Shown in pieces: positions 19,977 through 30,609 of a stretch of 64,000 bases of DNA. Positions within the stretch are counted from its first letter, which is position 1. The number at the start of each line of letters is the position of its first letter. Origin of the DNA: an uncultured Nitrospiraceae bacterium (lineage in GTDB: Bacteria > Nitrospirota > Thermodesulfovibrionia > Thermodesulfovibrionales > Dissulfurispiraceae); the NCBI GenBank assembly GCA_963727805.1, contig CAVSHF010000003.1, forward strand, positions 1,216,001-1,280,000, in the 5' to 3' direction. Both the position numbers and the translations under genes were made by a program. The notes below the pieces were generated by a model. That model was not told the origin of the DNA, ran no database searches, and was given only the letters and a program-made list of their open reading frames with translations.

Positions 19977-20819
19977 ATGGTAGAAAAAAAGATTGACAAA
20001 AAAATCATCGAAATAATTGAAGCAACAAGTTTCCCCCCGGTGGCGCTAAGGATATACAACCTTGTCAGCCGTGCCAACACCAGCATGGCTGAAATAGAGA
20101 CGTCGATCTTGATGGATCCCGTTCTCTCAGCAAAGGTCCTGCAAGTCGCTAACTCCCCTTTCTTCAACCGGGGAAGGCAAACCGATACCCTCGATCATGC
20201 CCTTGCCCTCATTGGGTTTAATGCGGTACAAATGGTTGTTCTTTGCGCCGCCCTTCACGAACTTTACAAGTCTGCCTCAATAATCGATAAAAAAATGTGG
20301 GCGCACTCTCTGGGCGTTTCACTTATTGCTTCAATGCTTGCGAAAGAAACAGGACTCGTCAATGAGCACATTGCATCGACAGCAGGGCTTTTTCACGACT
20401 CCGGCAAACTAGTTCTGAAAAATGCCTCCCCGGAACAATATGCTGTAATGTCCGAGTCACTTGAGGGAAGCAACCTTTCCTTTTGCGACGCCGAAAATAA
20501 GATTTTCGGTGTTGACCACCAGGTTGCCGGCACTCTCCTCGCCAAGAATTGGAATCTCTCCAAGGAATATTCCATTGTAATCGCCTTTCATCACAAAGAC
20601 GAATATCCGACCCCCATTGCCCCGCACGAGAGGAATCTCCTTAATGTGATCAAGATTGCCGATGAGATCGCATTCTTTTTCGGCATCGGATTACGGAAGA
20701 AAGTCGACCTTTACCAACTTCCGTATAAGAATCTGGGCATAACCAAGAAACGGTTCGATGAACTCATCTGGCAGGTAAACGAAATATACGAAGAGTATGT
20801 CAATAGCCTGTCTTTCTGA
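19977..20819 (+). CDS. HDOD domain signalling protein
   Basis: FPPVAL, DPVLSAKVLQVANSPFF, WAHS, AGLFHDSGK, DHQVAG.LLAKNWNL. Confidence 0.9.
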   Translation: MVEKKIDKKIIEIIEATSFPPVALRIYNLVSRANTSMAEIETSILMDPVLSAKVLQVANSPFFNRGRQTDTLDHALALIGFNAVQMVVLCAALHELYKSASIIDKKMWAHSLGVSLIASMLAKETGLVNEHIASTAGLFHDSGKLVLKNASPEQYAVMSESLEGSNLSFCDAENKIFGVDHQVAGTLLAKNWNLSKEYSIVIAFHHKDEYPTPIAPHERNLLNVIKIADEIAFFFGIGLRKKVDLYQLPYKNLGITKKRFDELIWQVNEIYEEYVNSLSF

Positions 20820-20870
20820 GGTCCTGCCCAGTGCTTTCGGCCGGCTGCAGGACAATCACTTCCAGTCAGT

Positions 20871-20911
20871 TTCCGGGCGATAGCGCCTCCAGGACGGCGT
20901 TATCGCCGGAA
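20871..20911. terminator. GC-rich hairpin between convergent genes (probable bidirectional terminator)
   Basis: TTCCGG-GCGATAGCGCC...GGCGTTATCGC-CGGAA; a second hairpin GTCCTGC...GCAGGAC lies at about 20821-20853. Confidence 0.5.
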
Positions 20912-20922
20912 AGTTGATCTCT

Positions 20923-21843
20923 TTACCTGCTGCATCTGCCGAGATGAAATGATTTCGAATCGGCATACCCGTAGAAAAATCTCCCGAATCCGAGACAGCC
21001 CGATATGTCCGTAAGAGCATAGCCATCCTTTGATGAGAGGAGCAGATTTCTCTTCAATGATCCTTTGCCGTTTTGGTTATCGGTTATCAGGAAAATAAAA
21101 TCGTCCTTTCCATCCCCGTTACTATCAAGGGCATAACTATCTGCAAGGTAATTGAGATTGCATCCGGTTTTTGTTGTCTTTGCCGGGTCATCGCATTTTT
21201 CCTGCGCATAACGAGCTACCATATCATATGCTTGTTTTGATTTATCATTAAGCGGAAATTTGATAAAAGGTTTTTTGGCCTCTGTGACAAACACCTTCTT
21301 GCCGTCGGGGTAGGCGACACATATCGTCTTTAGGAAGTCCGAGAACGACCTATTCGGGAATTCGGTCTGATGTGTCACTAAGGCCTCAAAGGGCAGCGGC
21401 TCCTGAGGGAACCGTTCCGACTTCTTCCCCTTTTTTACCGTCATGAAAACATTTTGTCGACTGAAACTATAGCGCGCGCCACGCAAAAATTGTTCAAAAT
21501 CCCTGCTTAAATATTGTTTTTCACTGATCTCATAAAATATACCGTTCCCCCTTGCTGCATAGGCCTTTGAACCCTGCTTTTCGAGATAGACGATAAGAAA
21601 ATGCGGTTCACGTGTGTCGTTTCGATATACGTCCGCTTTGAGAATCCCGACAGATCTTGATTTATCGAGCCATTTTACATCGAGAAATTCATCGCAGAGG
21701 CTGAAGCGCTCCTTCAATGCCGAAGAAACGTCTTTTCTGAAGCCCGCATTCTCAATATCCGCCGCATATGCACCGACGGCAAGGATGATAGCCATTAACA
21801 AGACAATAAAAATCGACACCCGTTTTATGCACCACCTGTTCAT
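20923..21843 (-). CDS. Exported hypothetical protein
   Basis: SD GGAGG before ATG 21843; signal peptide ending AYA; DSNGDGKDD Ca-binding-like loop; several Cys. Confidence 0.7.
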   Translation of the reverse strand: MNRWCIKRVSIFIVLLMAIILAVGAYAADIENAGFRKDVSSALKERFSLCDEFLDVKWLDKSRSVGILKADVYRNDTREPHFLIVYLEKQGSKAYAARGNGIFYEISEKQYLSRDFEQFLRGARYSFSRQNVFMTVKKGKKSERFPQEPLPFEALVTHQTEFPNRSFSDFLKTICVAYPDGKKVFVTEAKKPFIKFPLNDKSKQAYDMVARYAQEKCDDPAKTTKTGCNLNYLADSYALDSNGDGKDDFIFLITDNQNGKGSLKRNLLLSSKDGYALTDISGCLGFGRFFYGYADSKSFHLGRCSR

Positions 21844-22242
21844 CTGACACCTCCGTGAAGTATGTGGAATACTCGCCACCGAACCGCAGGAACGGTTGAA
21901 GTGGTCAGCTTCGCGATTCACAGACACCAGCGTACTGGAGGCCTTGCCCACAGCACGTCTCTTGGTAGTCCCCTGCACGGTTTTACCCGAGCCATCCGTG
22001 ATACAGCACACCTCCATGGATACCTCGCTATAATTCGGGCAGTCCCTGTCCTATTTGATACTCCTCCCTAACCTCGGCGATTGTCTACTTTACCACATAA
22101 CGAGTGAGGCATTAGTGGTCAAGCCTCAGTTATGGCACAACAAATACTGCCTGCATTTCCCGATTATCAAGGTGAGTGTACCATATGGATAACACTCTGC
22201 GAAGTGACGTGGCTCACCATCGCACGGTCTTGGTAACAGTTG

Positions 22243-22266
22243 TCTATATATATATATATATATAGA
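22243..22266. repeat. (TA)10 microsatellite forming a 24-bp perfect palindrome
   Basis: TC-(TA)10-GA; the TA run spans 22245-22264. Confidence 0.9.
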
Positions 22267-22500
22267 TATAGCTCCGTGCAGGAAAAAGTTAACAGCACCT
22301 GCCTACCTCCACCTAACTCTATTTTAGGCAGGAGAATGCGACGGTAAGTTTCGATCAAAACCCACTACTTGCCCCCCTTATGGCTCACGCCGAGCGGGGG
22401 GAATGTAAAACTCTTTCTTTAATGATTATTATAGTATATTTATGAGCAGGAAGAAACAATTATGGCTAACTATTGCATCTATCGTTTAAACTAAAAAGTG

Positions 22501-23871
22501 ATGACCAATAAACATTTCAGGATATTCTTTTCGGGTATAGGAGGAAGCGGCGTATCGGCCATTGCCGCTTTCATGGCGGATAAAGGGCATATTGTTTCAG
22601 GCTCGGACCGGGCTTTCGAGAAGGAGCCGTATCATCCCGCCTGCCGGACTCTGAAGAATAAGGGCGTCACCATCGTGCCACAGGATGGCAGCGGCATCGA
22701 CACGTCTTTGGATCTCGCCGTTTTCAGTACCGCTGTCGAATCTGACCGGCCGGAATATGTCAAGGCAAAGGCCCTCGGCATTCCTGTCAAAACGAGGCCG
22801 GAATACCTTTCACAGATTGTATCAGAATACAAGACGATAGCCGTGGCAGGCACGAGCGGCAAATCGACAGTCTCAGGAATGCTCGCCTATCTTATGTCGC
22901 AACTTGGATTGAAGCCAAACTTCATTGGCGGCGGAAGGGTCAAGCAGTTCAGGACCGAATCGAATCCGGGGAATTCGATTACCGGGGATTCAGAGCTCCT
23001 TGTGATCGAGGCCTGTGAAGCCGACGGAACTATTGTCGATTATAAACCGGAACATACGCTTATTCTCAACCTCGAACTTGATCATCACGCCATTCATAAA
23101 ACATCTGCTATGTTCGATACATTGATTAACAATACGAAAAAACTGGTCGTTATCAATGCCGATGACCATAATCTCTCGTCCCTTTCTTCCACACGAATGA
23201 AGGATGCCGTAACTTTCTCCCTTTCAAAACCGGCGGGATACGTTCCTCGCAATATCGTTTGCCGGCCGCTGAGCACTGACTTTTCTCTCGGCGGACAACG
23301 CTTCACCCTTTCACTGCCAGGCCGATATAATCTTTCCAATGCTCTCGCCTGCATCGCCATTCTATCCGAAATGGGCATTACTCTCCAAGAAAGTGCCGGC
23401 GTGCTGCATAAATTCTCCGGCATCGAAAGGCGTTTCGATATTCACCTCGATGACGGGATTCACCTGGTGGTCGATGATTATGCTCATAACCCTCATAAGA
23501 TATCGGCTTTAATGCAGGCTGCTAAGCCGTTACGGAAGCACATCTGCTATATATTCCAGCCTCACGGATTTGGGCCTACCCGAATGATGCAGGCAGAGTA
23601 TATTGTTGCTTTTTCTGAAGGCCTGCGGGATTCCGACCATTTGATTCTGCTTCCAATTTTTTATGCCGGCGGCACCGTGAGTGATGATATATCGAGCCAT
23701 GACCTCGCAAGAGGGATAAAAAGGAACGGCAGGTCGGTAGAAGTCGTCAAGGATAGGAATGAGGTAATAAGAGGTCTGGAGAGATCGGACAACTATATTG
23801 TTATGGGCGCACGTGACGAGACACTTTCAGGCTTTGCACGGTCTATCGCCCTTCTTCTCGGAATGGGGTAA
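22501..23871 (+). CDS. MurC/Mpl-like Mur ligase
   Basis: GIGGSGVSA, SGSD, P-loop AGTSGKST, EACEADG, RRF, DDYAHNP, FQPHG; motifs deviate from canonical MurC. Confidence 0.82.
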   Translation: MTNKHFRIFFSGIGGSGVSAIAAFMADKGHIVSGSDRAFEKEPYHPACRTLKNKGVTIVPQDGSGIDTSLDLAVFSTAVESDRPEYVKAKALGIPVKTRPEYLSQIVSEYKTIAVAGTSGKSTVSGMLAYLMSQLGLKPNFIGGGRVKQFRTESNPGNSITGDSELLVIEACEADGTIVDYKPEHTLILNLELDHHAIHKTSAMFDTLINNTKKLVVINADDHNLSSLSSTRMKDAVTFSLSKPAGYVPRNIVCRPLSTDFSLGGQRFTLSLPGRYNLSNALACIAILSEMGITLQESAGVLHKFSGIERRFDIHLDDGIHLVVDDYAHNPHKISALMQAAKPLRKHICYIFQPHGFGPTRMMQAEYIVAFSEGLRDSDHLILLPIFYAGGTVSDDISSHDLARGIKRNGRSVEVVKDRNEVIRGLERSDNYIVMGARDETLSGFARSIALLLGMG

Positions 23872-23912
23872 CCCTGAATATGCAGGCTGTCACTGTATAC
23901 GTCTGTGTTTGC

Positions 23913-25340
23913 TCAATCAATACGCTCCACCATATCATTACTCGTCACCCTCTTCAGAATCTCCCTCGCCGCAACCACACCTGATATAGAAGCTTGAATC
24001 AGTCCACGTGTTACCCCTGCGCCGTCGCCTACAGCAAATAAATTCTTCACTTCTGTCTCAAGTACCGAGGTGAGTTTGAGCTTCGTCGAATAGAACTTCA
24101 CCTCCACGCCATAAAGAAGCGTATCACCCGAGTTCACTCCTGGCGCGACGTTATCAAGTGCTTCAAGCATTTCTATGATATTGTGAAGATGTCGATAGGG
24201 TAATATGAAACTCACGTCGCCGGGGGTGGCGTCTTCAAGAGTCGGCCGCACAGATCCCTCGGCGATTCTCTCCGGTGTTGACCGCCTTCCCATTTTGAGG
24301 TCCCCGAGCCGCTGGACAATCACGCCCCCGCCTAAAAGGTTGGCAAGGCCGGCTATATACTTGCCGTATGACAGGGGATTGTCAAAGGGCTTCGTGAAGT
24401 CCGTACTCACCAGTAGCGCAAAGTTAGTGTTCTCAGTCTTGCGGTTCTTGTAGCTGTGGCCGTTTACACTGAATACCCCCTCGCTGTATTCCTTCACGAC
24501 CTCTCCGTAGGGATTCATGCAGAACGTCCGCACTCGGTCATGAAACTTGCCTGATGAGTAGATGAACTTGCCCTCATAAGCCACATCGGTAATATCCTTC
24601 ATAATATGTGCGGGAAGTTCAACTCGCACGCCTATGTCCACTGGATTTTTCTGAAGTGAGAGCTGTAGCCGCTTTGCCTCTCCCGAAAGCCATGTGGACC
24701 CCTCCCTGCCGACCGCGGCAATCACCACCGGTGAGACGAAATGCTTACCCTCCCCCGTCGTTACACCGCTGACCGCACCGTTATCTATGGCAACCTGCTG
24801 CACCGGTGTATCGAAGATAATATCGACTCTTCCATCGAGATGTTCCCAGATCTTCCTCAAGACCTCCTTACAGAGATCCGTGCCAATATGCCGGATACGC
24901 GCCGGGATAAGCTCGAGATTGTAACTGGCACATTTCTTTTTGAGACGCAAAAGCGCGTCGCGGTCTTCTCCATGGATATCACCTCCGGCACCAAAAAAGC
25001 GATAGATCGAGTCAACATAATCGATAAAAATAGTGATATCTTCCACGGACAGATAATCCTTCAGCCATCCGCCAAATTCCGAAGTAAGAGTGAGTTTGCC
25101 GTCACTGTATGCGCCCGCCCCTCCCCAGCCGCAGAGGATGCCGCATAAGTCGCACTGCACGCAGGGGGTATCAGACTCGACCATAGGACAGGCTCTCTTC
25201 TGAATGTCGCTACCCTTCTCAATCATGAGAATTCTAAGATTGGAATTCTTGACAAGCTCGAGTGCTGCAAAAATCCCCGCAGGACCGGAGCCGATTATGA
25301 TAACGTCGTATGAAGAAGTCATATCAACTGTAAAAGCCAT
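23913..25340 (-). CDS. FAD-dependent oxidoreductase (COG2509-like) with N-terminal Cys cluster
   Basis: IIIGSGPAG, C..C..C...GWGGAGAYSDGKL, DIGVRVE, RTFCMNP.G, GDGAGVTRG. Confidence 0.85.
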   Translation of the reverse strand: MAFTVDMTSSYDVIIIGSGPAGIFAALELVKNSNLRILMIEKGSDIQKRACPMVESDTPCVQCDLCGILCGWGGAGAYSDGKLTLTSEFGGWLKDYLSVEDITIFIDYVDSIYRFFGAGGDIHGEDRDALLRLKKKCASYNLELIPARIRHIGTDLCKEVLRKIWEHLDGRVDIIFDTPVQQVAIDNGAVSGVTTGEGKHFVSPVVIAAVGREGSTWLSGEAKRLQLSLQKNPVDIGVRVELPAHIMKDITDVAYEGKFIYSSGKFHDRVRTFCMNPYGEVVKEYSEGVFSVNGHSYKNRKTENTNFALLVSTDFTKPFDNPLSYGKYIAGLANLLGGGVIVQRLGDLKMGRRSTPERIAEGSVRPTLEDATPGDVSFILPYRHLHNIIEMLEALDNVAPGVNSGDTLLYGVEVKFYSTKLKLTSVLETEVKNLFAVGDGAGVTRGLIQASISGVVAAREILKRVTSNDMVERID

Positions 25341-26027
25341 TTGGACATGGTGCCCTCAGATACCGCAATTCAAAGCATGTGTCACTCACATGTAAGTTTA
25401 ACTATTATAAGCGATTCACAAAATGTCAGTGCAGACTTTATTTCAGAGCGTGTATACCAAATGAGAGACAAAAAAGCAATGCACGTTGGTTTTGCATAAT
25501 CGCCGATAACAGCCAAAGGTTGCATTGACTGTGCAAAGCGTGAATCCTTGTTCGCCCGACTGAAAACCTTTCAAATCTAATAACTGCCTAGCCGTGCGCA
25601 GGTATCGAGAGCCTGCCAAAGAATGCATACCTCTGTCCAGTGACCGTTTCACGCCAAGCTTCGCTTGCGGTGGATTTATCAGCGTGCGGGCAATGCCTTT
25701 AGATTCTGAACCGCAGTTTTTTGACAGCAGCGAACTGCCTCATCAAAAATCAAGTTGAAAGCAAATCGTTGCCTAAATTAGAATCCAGTCGTAATAATTT
25801 GCAGAAACCCCATAATGACACCTGCATTAGGAGTAGGAGGCGCTAACAGAGTATAACCGCGTATATGTGTCATGGTTGCTGACGAGGCTGCTTTAACAAT
25901 CATGGGAGTACAGGGCGAGACCATCTCCAGCTTTTAGGGGCCATCGCCCTGCTTCCCCAAATAATGTGGCCTTTGGCAAGAATCTTAATGCCTGCTCATC
26001 AACATCAGCAGGCACTACGTACATTCG

Positions 26028-26966
26028 CTAGAAAGCATAGACAATTTTAAACCAGGCTTTACTCCCATCCGGCTTATTTTCAACCGCCATTTCCTTCTGA
26101 TATTTCAGGATAAAACTCATATTCTTATAGTCATACTTGACCTGTGGGCCAACAGCAAAAGCTTGACCTTTGAACCCATCCGTGCCTACTTTCGTCCCAT
26201 CCTGCTTGTCGTCAGTGATCTGTTTGTAATAGAAGCCCCCGACTCCTAGACTCCAGTTCTTAATATGGTAGGCAAGGGTATAATCGAAATGAAATTCTTG
26301 GCCTGAGAGATATTCCGTTTCGTGGTTCTTGAAATTATAGTCATACATGAACTTGCTCGATGCCTCAAATCCACTGTCGCTTAAATAGGTAAAGGCTAGC
26401 GCTGGCTCCAAGTTCCAGTAATTTCGTCCCGGATTTGCGATGCGAGTCACGTCATACCCGCCTGTCGGAATATTGATGTCGAGGCCTGCCACAGCATGCA
26501 AATTTTTTGAATGCCACGCTAGTATAAGAGGACTTAAAGTCGCATCCCCAATTTCGGTAATACTTTTCTTCTCATTAGGGAGGTGAACATCCAAATTTGC
26601 GACCGGAATGATTGCATGCATCGCATAATCCAATCCGAGAATTTTTATCTTAGTAACATAGATAAAACGAAACGCATCCGCGATCGCCCTCACTTTAAAA
26701 CCAGGTATCAAGCTATTGCCATCCTTGTCATTAAACCTGTTTGCCCAATAGTAATTCGTGTAATTAATAAAGTAAAAACCTGGCGGAGGGGCGGCACCAG
26801 ACATAAAATCCTCGTTGCCACCAGCATATATTGAACCGCCGCCTTCAGTTGCAAAGGCCACAGATCCCAAGATCAGGAGAAAAGAGATGATCGCAGCCTG
26901 AATAACCATAATGACTTTGACTCGTCCAGAGATACTGAGTGTTTCAATCGAAAGTGCACGCTTCAA
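26028..26966 (-). CDS. SphA / Phenol_MetA_deg family outer-membrane beta-barrel
   Basis: Signal peptide, A-TEGGGS, PPPGFY, PTGGYD...NPGRNYW, Y.SGQEFH, YKQITDD, terminal Phe; SD GAGGAGG + TTG. Confidence 0.85.
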   Translation of the reverse strand: MKRALSIETLSISGRVKVIMVIQAAIISFLLILGSVAFATEGGGSIYAGGNEDFMSGAAPPPGFYFINYTNYYWANRFNDKDGNSLIPGFKVRAIADAFRFIYVTKIKILGLDYAMHAIIPVANLDVHLPNEKKSITEIGDATLSPLILAWHSKNLHAVAGLDINIPTGGYDVTRIANPGRNYWNLEPALAFTYLSDSGFEASSKFMYDYNFKNHETEYLSGQEFHFDYTLAYHIKNWSLGVGGFYYKQITDDKQDGTKVGTDGFKGQAFAVGPQVKYDYKNMSFILKYQKEMAVENKPDGSKAWFKIVYAF

Positions 26967-27127
26967 GATAACCTCCTCATTTCTATGATTTATTGCGATT
27001 GAATTCTTGCCAATTACATATCGAATTAATCCCCCGCTCTTCGCCCCCTTTGAACGAGAAAAATTACACTATCATACGCAAAGACATCGGGAAAGAGCAA
27101 CCACATCTAAAGGAGACTATCAGTCGC

Positions 27128-28369
27128 TTATACCTCCGTCCTTACAACATCTTTATCTATATATCTTGTACAGAAGAACGAGAAAAGTGCAGCGATGAAA
27201 ATGGCTAGTGGGGTAATCAGAAGCGCGGTCCTTAATCCGTTTAGATCGGACAGCCACCCTATTATTATCGGGGAAATCGCATCACCGAAGGCATGGATGA
27301 AGAATATATTTACAGCAAAGGCCATAGCCCGGATGGCCGGCTTCGTCACGTTTACAATAGTTGTATTGAGCGGCCCGGTGCTCAGGAACAGGAAGAATTC
27401 TGCAAAGAATGTTGCACCCAAACAAATTACAGCAGACTGTGTGGTAAGAGCGTAAATAGTAATGGGCACTCCTGTGAGAAAACCCCACGCTGAAACCAGT
27501 AGGTAGCCTTTGTTGCTCCTCCTTTGATAGTGGTCACCCAGCCATCCTCCTGACAGCGTACCGACGATCCCTGCCAGAATGGTTACGATGCCAAACAGAG
27601 TGTTCCCCGTGACGACGTCAAACCCGTGCATACGGCAAAGGAAGGTAGGTATCCACTGGGCCAAGCCACCGAGCGCGAACGTCATGGCAGCCATGGCCAT
27701 TGTATTAATTATGAATGACCGGTTTCTGACTAACTGAAGATAGCCTTTTGAAGCCTGTTCTTGCCGGTATTCAACAACTCCGTCGCTTTCTCCGCGGGGT
27801 GGTTCCCGAAGAAAGTAGAGGGGAAAAGACAATATAATTCCAGGAAGACTCACCACGAGAAAAGCCGCGTGCCAGCCGGCGTAATGCCCTAGAAGTCCGC
27901 CTAAAAGGTAACCGAGCGCGCTACCGACCGGAATGGCAAGATAAAAGAAGGAAAGAATTTGTCCGCGTTTTTCTCTCAAAAAATAGTCGGCAATTATCCC
28001 CGGTGAAACGGTGCCGAAACTTGCCTCTCCGACACCTACCATTGTCCGGGCTGAAAGTAGCATCCAATACCCATAAGAAAAGCCTGCTGTGGCTGTGGCG
28101 CAGCTCCAAGCCAAAAGACCGCATGCGGCGATCCTAACGCGTCTCATTCGGTCACCAAGCCATCCAAAAAGAGGAGCAGCTACCATATAGAAGATCATAA
28201 AGACACTTCCTAAAGAGCCGAGGGCGGCATCAGAGATATTCAGGTCCGCCTTGATCAGAGGGAACACGGCATAAATAACCTGCCTGTCGATATAATTGAG
28301 GAGATTGGCGGTGAAGAGAAGTGCTAAGGCGTAGCGGCTATACTTCGAAGGATTTGTGCGATAGTTCAC
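27128..28369 (-). CDS. MFS transporter (Spinster-like)
   Basis: LLNYIDRQ, G.LGDR..R, R..VGVGEA, 12-TM hydrophobic pattern. Confidence 0.9.
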   Translation of the reverse strand: MNYRTNPSKYSRYALALLFTANLLNYIDRQVIYAVFPLIKADLNISDAALGSLGSVFMIFYMVAAPLFGWLGDRMRRVRIAACGLLAWSCATATAGFSYGYWMLLSARTMVGVGEASFGTVSPGIIADYFLREKRGQILSFFYLAIPVGSALGYLLGGLLGHYAGWHAAFLVVSLPGIILSFPLYFLREPPRGESDGVVEYRQEQASKGYLQLVRNRSFIINTMAMAAMTFALGGLAQWIPTFLCRMHGFDVVTGNTLFGIVTILAGIVGTLSGGWLGDHYQRRSNKGYLLVSAWGFLTGVPITIYALTTQSAVICLGATFFAEFFLFLSTGPLNTTIVNVTKPAIRAMAFAVNIFFIHAFGDAISPIIIGWLSDLNGLRTALLITPLAIFIAALFSFFCTRYIDKDVVRTEV

Positions 28370-28375
28370 TATTCA

Positions 28376-29092
28376 TTAACCATCGGGCATCTTATCGAGG
28401 GCTTTTGCGGCAGCGAGCATCTGGGCCTCTTTCTTCGACTTCCCAGTTCCACTTCCGAACAATATTTCCTTCACATAGACCTCCGCAGTGAAGACCTTGC
28501 GGTGCTCCTCACCTTCCTGTTTCACAATCCTATATTCCGGCAACGTTCCGAAGGCCGCCTGGCACCGCTCCTGTAGCTCGCTTTTAAAGTCGTCGCGGTC
28601 TTTTCTTGCGATCACATGGCCGATTCTATTGCTGTAAAGCCTCAGGATAAGGGCTTTTACCGTTTCATAATCGCTGTCGAGGAATACCGCCCCAAACAGG
28701 GCTTCAAGCGTATCAGCAAGAATCGAGCGTTTCTGCCTGCCCCCCGTCGATTCTTCCCCCCGACCGAGCCTGACATATTCCCCCAGCGACAGAAACGCCG
28801 CAATTTCGTATAAAACCACCTTATTGACCAAACAGGATTTCATCTTCGACATATCGGCCTCACTGAGGAGACAGTTTTCAAGAAACAGAGTTTCGGCCAT
28901 GACGAGGCCAAGGACGGAATCTCCGAGGAATTCCAGCCGTTCATTATGAACTGACTGGTCCCCCGAATGCTCATGATGAAAAGATCTGTGAGTCAGGGCT
29001 TCACTGAATAAATGCGGGGTTCTGAACTGGTATCCCAACTGCTCCTGAAGTTCAGAGGGGTCACAAGTATTTTTTGAAGATGAGACAGGCAT
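28376..29092 (-). CDS. rnc: Ribonuclease III
   Basis: [29 protein letters not shown], dsRBD with G.GKSKKEA; ATG 29092 overlaps the fabF 3' end. Confidence 0.95.
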   Translation of the reverse strand: MPVSSSKNTCDPSELQEQLGYQFRTPHLFSEALTHRSFHHEHSGDQSVHNERLEFLGDSVLGLVMAETLFLENCLLSEADMSKMKSCLVNKVVLYEIAAFLSLGEYVRLGRGEESTGGRQKRSILADTLEALFGAVFLDSDYETVKALILRLYSNRIGHVIARKDRDDFKSELQERCQAAFGTLPEYRIVKQEGEEHRKVFTAEVYVKEILFGSGTGKSKKEAQMLAAAKALDKMPDG

Positions 29093-30305
29093 TCGTTCCA
29101 CCAAATCCGAAAGAATTGGATAATGCATAATCGACGTTGAGCTGCCTGGCTTTATGAGGAACATAATCGAGATCACATTCTGGATCAGGATTGTCAAGGT
29201 TAACCGTCGGCAGCACAATGCTGTTGAAAATGCTGAGCACACTTAGGATGGCCTCAACGCCTCCCGAGGCACCAAGCAGATGTCCCATCATCGATTTTGT
29301 CGAGCTTACACAGAGCTTATAGGCGTGCGTGCCGAATACCTTTTTGATCGCCATGGTCTCCAGTTCATCACCAAATTTAGTCGAGGTCCCATGAGCATTG
29401 ATGTAATTAATTTGTTCGGGTCCTATAGCTGCGTCCTTCAGCGCAGCCTTCATGCACCGTGCAGCACCCTCGCCTTCCGGCGCAGGAGATGAAATATGGT
29501 AAGCATCCCCGGACATCCCGTAGCCAATGATTTCGGCATATATTTTTGCATTGCGGGAAAGGGCGCTCTCAAGGCTCTCAACTACCAAAATCCCCGTGCC
29601 TTCTCCCAAGACAAAGCCGTCACGACCCGCATCAAAGGGCCTGCTTGCTCTTCCGGGCTCTTGGTTGCGCGTAGAGAGGGCCTTCATCGCCGCAAATCCC
29701 GCCACTGCGAGGGGACATATGACTGCCTCTGAACCTCCGGCGAACATTACATCGGCCTCGCCCCTCTGTATTATTCTGAAAGCCTCGCCGATAGCGTGGC
29801 TTCCTGTTGCGCAGGCGGTCACCACTGATGCATTCGGTCCCTTTGCGCCGAGATAAATCGATACATTTCCGGAAGCTAAATTGATACAGACCATGGGGAT
29901 GAAAAAAGGCGAAACCCTGCGGTGCCCTTTTTCGAGCAAGGCCTTATGATAGTACTCGATGCTTTTAAGTCCCCCAATGCCCGAGCCGATGAATACGCCG
30001 ACTCTTTCGGCGTTCTCCGGTGTGATCTTGAATCCCGAGTCCTCTGACGCCATCATCGAAGCAGCCATTGCAAAATGGATGAAGCGGTCCATCTTCTTGA
30101 TTTCCTTTGCTTCGATGTACTGGGCCGCGTCGAAGTCCTTCACCTCGCCGGCGATACGCACGGGATAGGTCGACGCATCGAATTGCGTAATGAGACCGAT
30201 GCCCACCTTCCCTGCAACAGCCGCATTCCAAGATGCCTCGACACCAATACCAAGCGGCGAGATGAGACCCAGACCAGTTATAACTACTCTTCTCTTCTCG
30301 CTCAT
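29061..30305 (-). CDS. fabF: 3-oxoacyl-ACP synthase II
   Basis: [38 protein letters not shown]. Confidence 0.97.
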   Translation of the reverse strand: MSEKRRVVITGLGLISPLGIGVEASWNAAVAGKVGIGLITQFDASTYPVRIAGEVKDFDAAQYIEAKEIKKMDRFIHFAMAASMMASEDSGFKITPENAERVGVFIGSGIGGLKSIEYYHKALLEKGHRRVSPFFIPMVCINLASGNVSIYLGAKGPNASVVTACATGSHAIGEAFRIIQRGEADVMFAGGSEAVICPLAVAGFAAMKALSTRNQEPGRASRPFDAGRDGFVLGEGTGILVVESLESALSRNAKIYAEIIGYGMSGDAYHISSPAPEGEGAARCMKAALKDAAIGPEQINYINAHGTSTKFGDELETMAIKKVFGTHAYKLCVSSTKSMMGHLLGASGGVEAILSVLSIFNSIVLPTVNLDNPDPECDLDYVPHKARQLNVDYALSNSFGFGGTNACLIFKKYL

Positions 30306-30311
30306 CAGGCC

Positions 30312-30539
30312 TTAGACTTTTTTTGTAATATATTCGATCGCGTCTTTGACCTTGGCTATTTTCTCTGCATCTTCGTCCGGAATCTCGATATTGAAGGCCT
30401 CTTCAAAAGCCATTACGAGTTCGACCGTATCGAGTGAATCGGCGCCGAGGTCTTCGACGAAAGATGCCTCGGATGTGACTTCCGCCTGATCAACTCCAAG
30501 CTGTTTAGAAATAATCTCTTTGACTTTCTCCTCTACCAT
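30312..30539 (-). CDS. acpP: Acyl carrier protein
   Basis: [18 protein letters not shown]. Confidence 0.97.
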   Translation of the reverse strand: MVEEKVKEIISKQLGVDQAEVTSEASFVEDLGADSLDTVELVMAFEEAFNIEIPDEDAEKIAKVKDAIEYITKKV

Positions 30540-30609
30540 TATGTCCCTCCATTTGTTTTTTGTCTTTTGAGCTGATATCTATGCGGGGATTTATTCCCGC
30601 TTTCCAGAT

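Noticed and set aside
21960..22000. Possible c-di-GMP-I riboswitch (GGTAAAACC...GGGAC, minus strand)
   Set aside because: No GNRA-capped P2 and no GCAAAGC-type continuation
21844..22017. 58-aa N-terminal extension of ORF 20923-22017
   Set aside because: SD GGAGG and the signal peptide point to ATG 21843 as the true start
22025..22095. Minus-strand AGACAATCGCCG...GGGAGGAG...ATAGGACAGGG..TGCC resembling the RNase P RNA 5' region
   Set aside because: Lacks the invariant GAGGAAAGUCC and no matching 3' P4 element is visible
29061..29242. Long rnc/fabF overlap in the ORF track
   Set aside because: The likely start is ATG 29092, giving an ordinary 32-nt overlap
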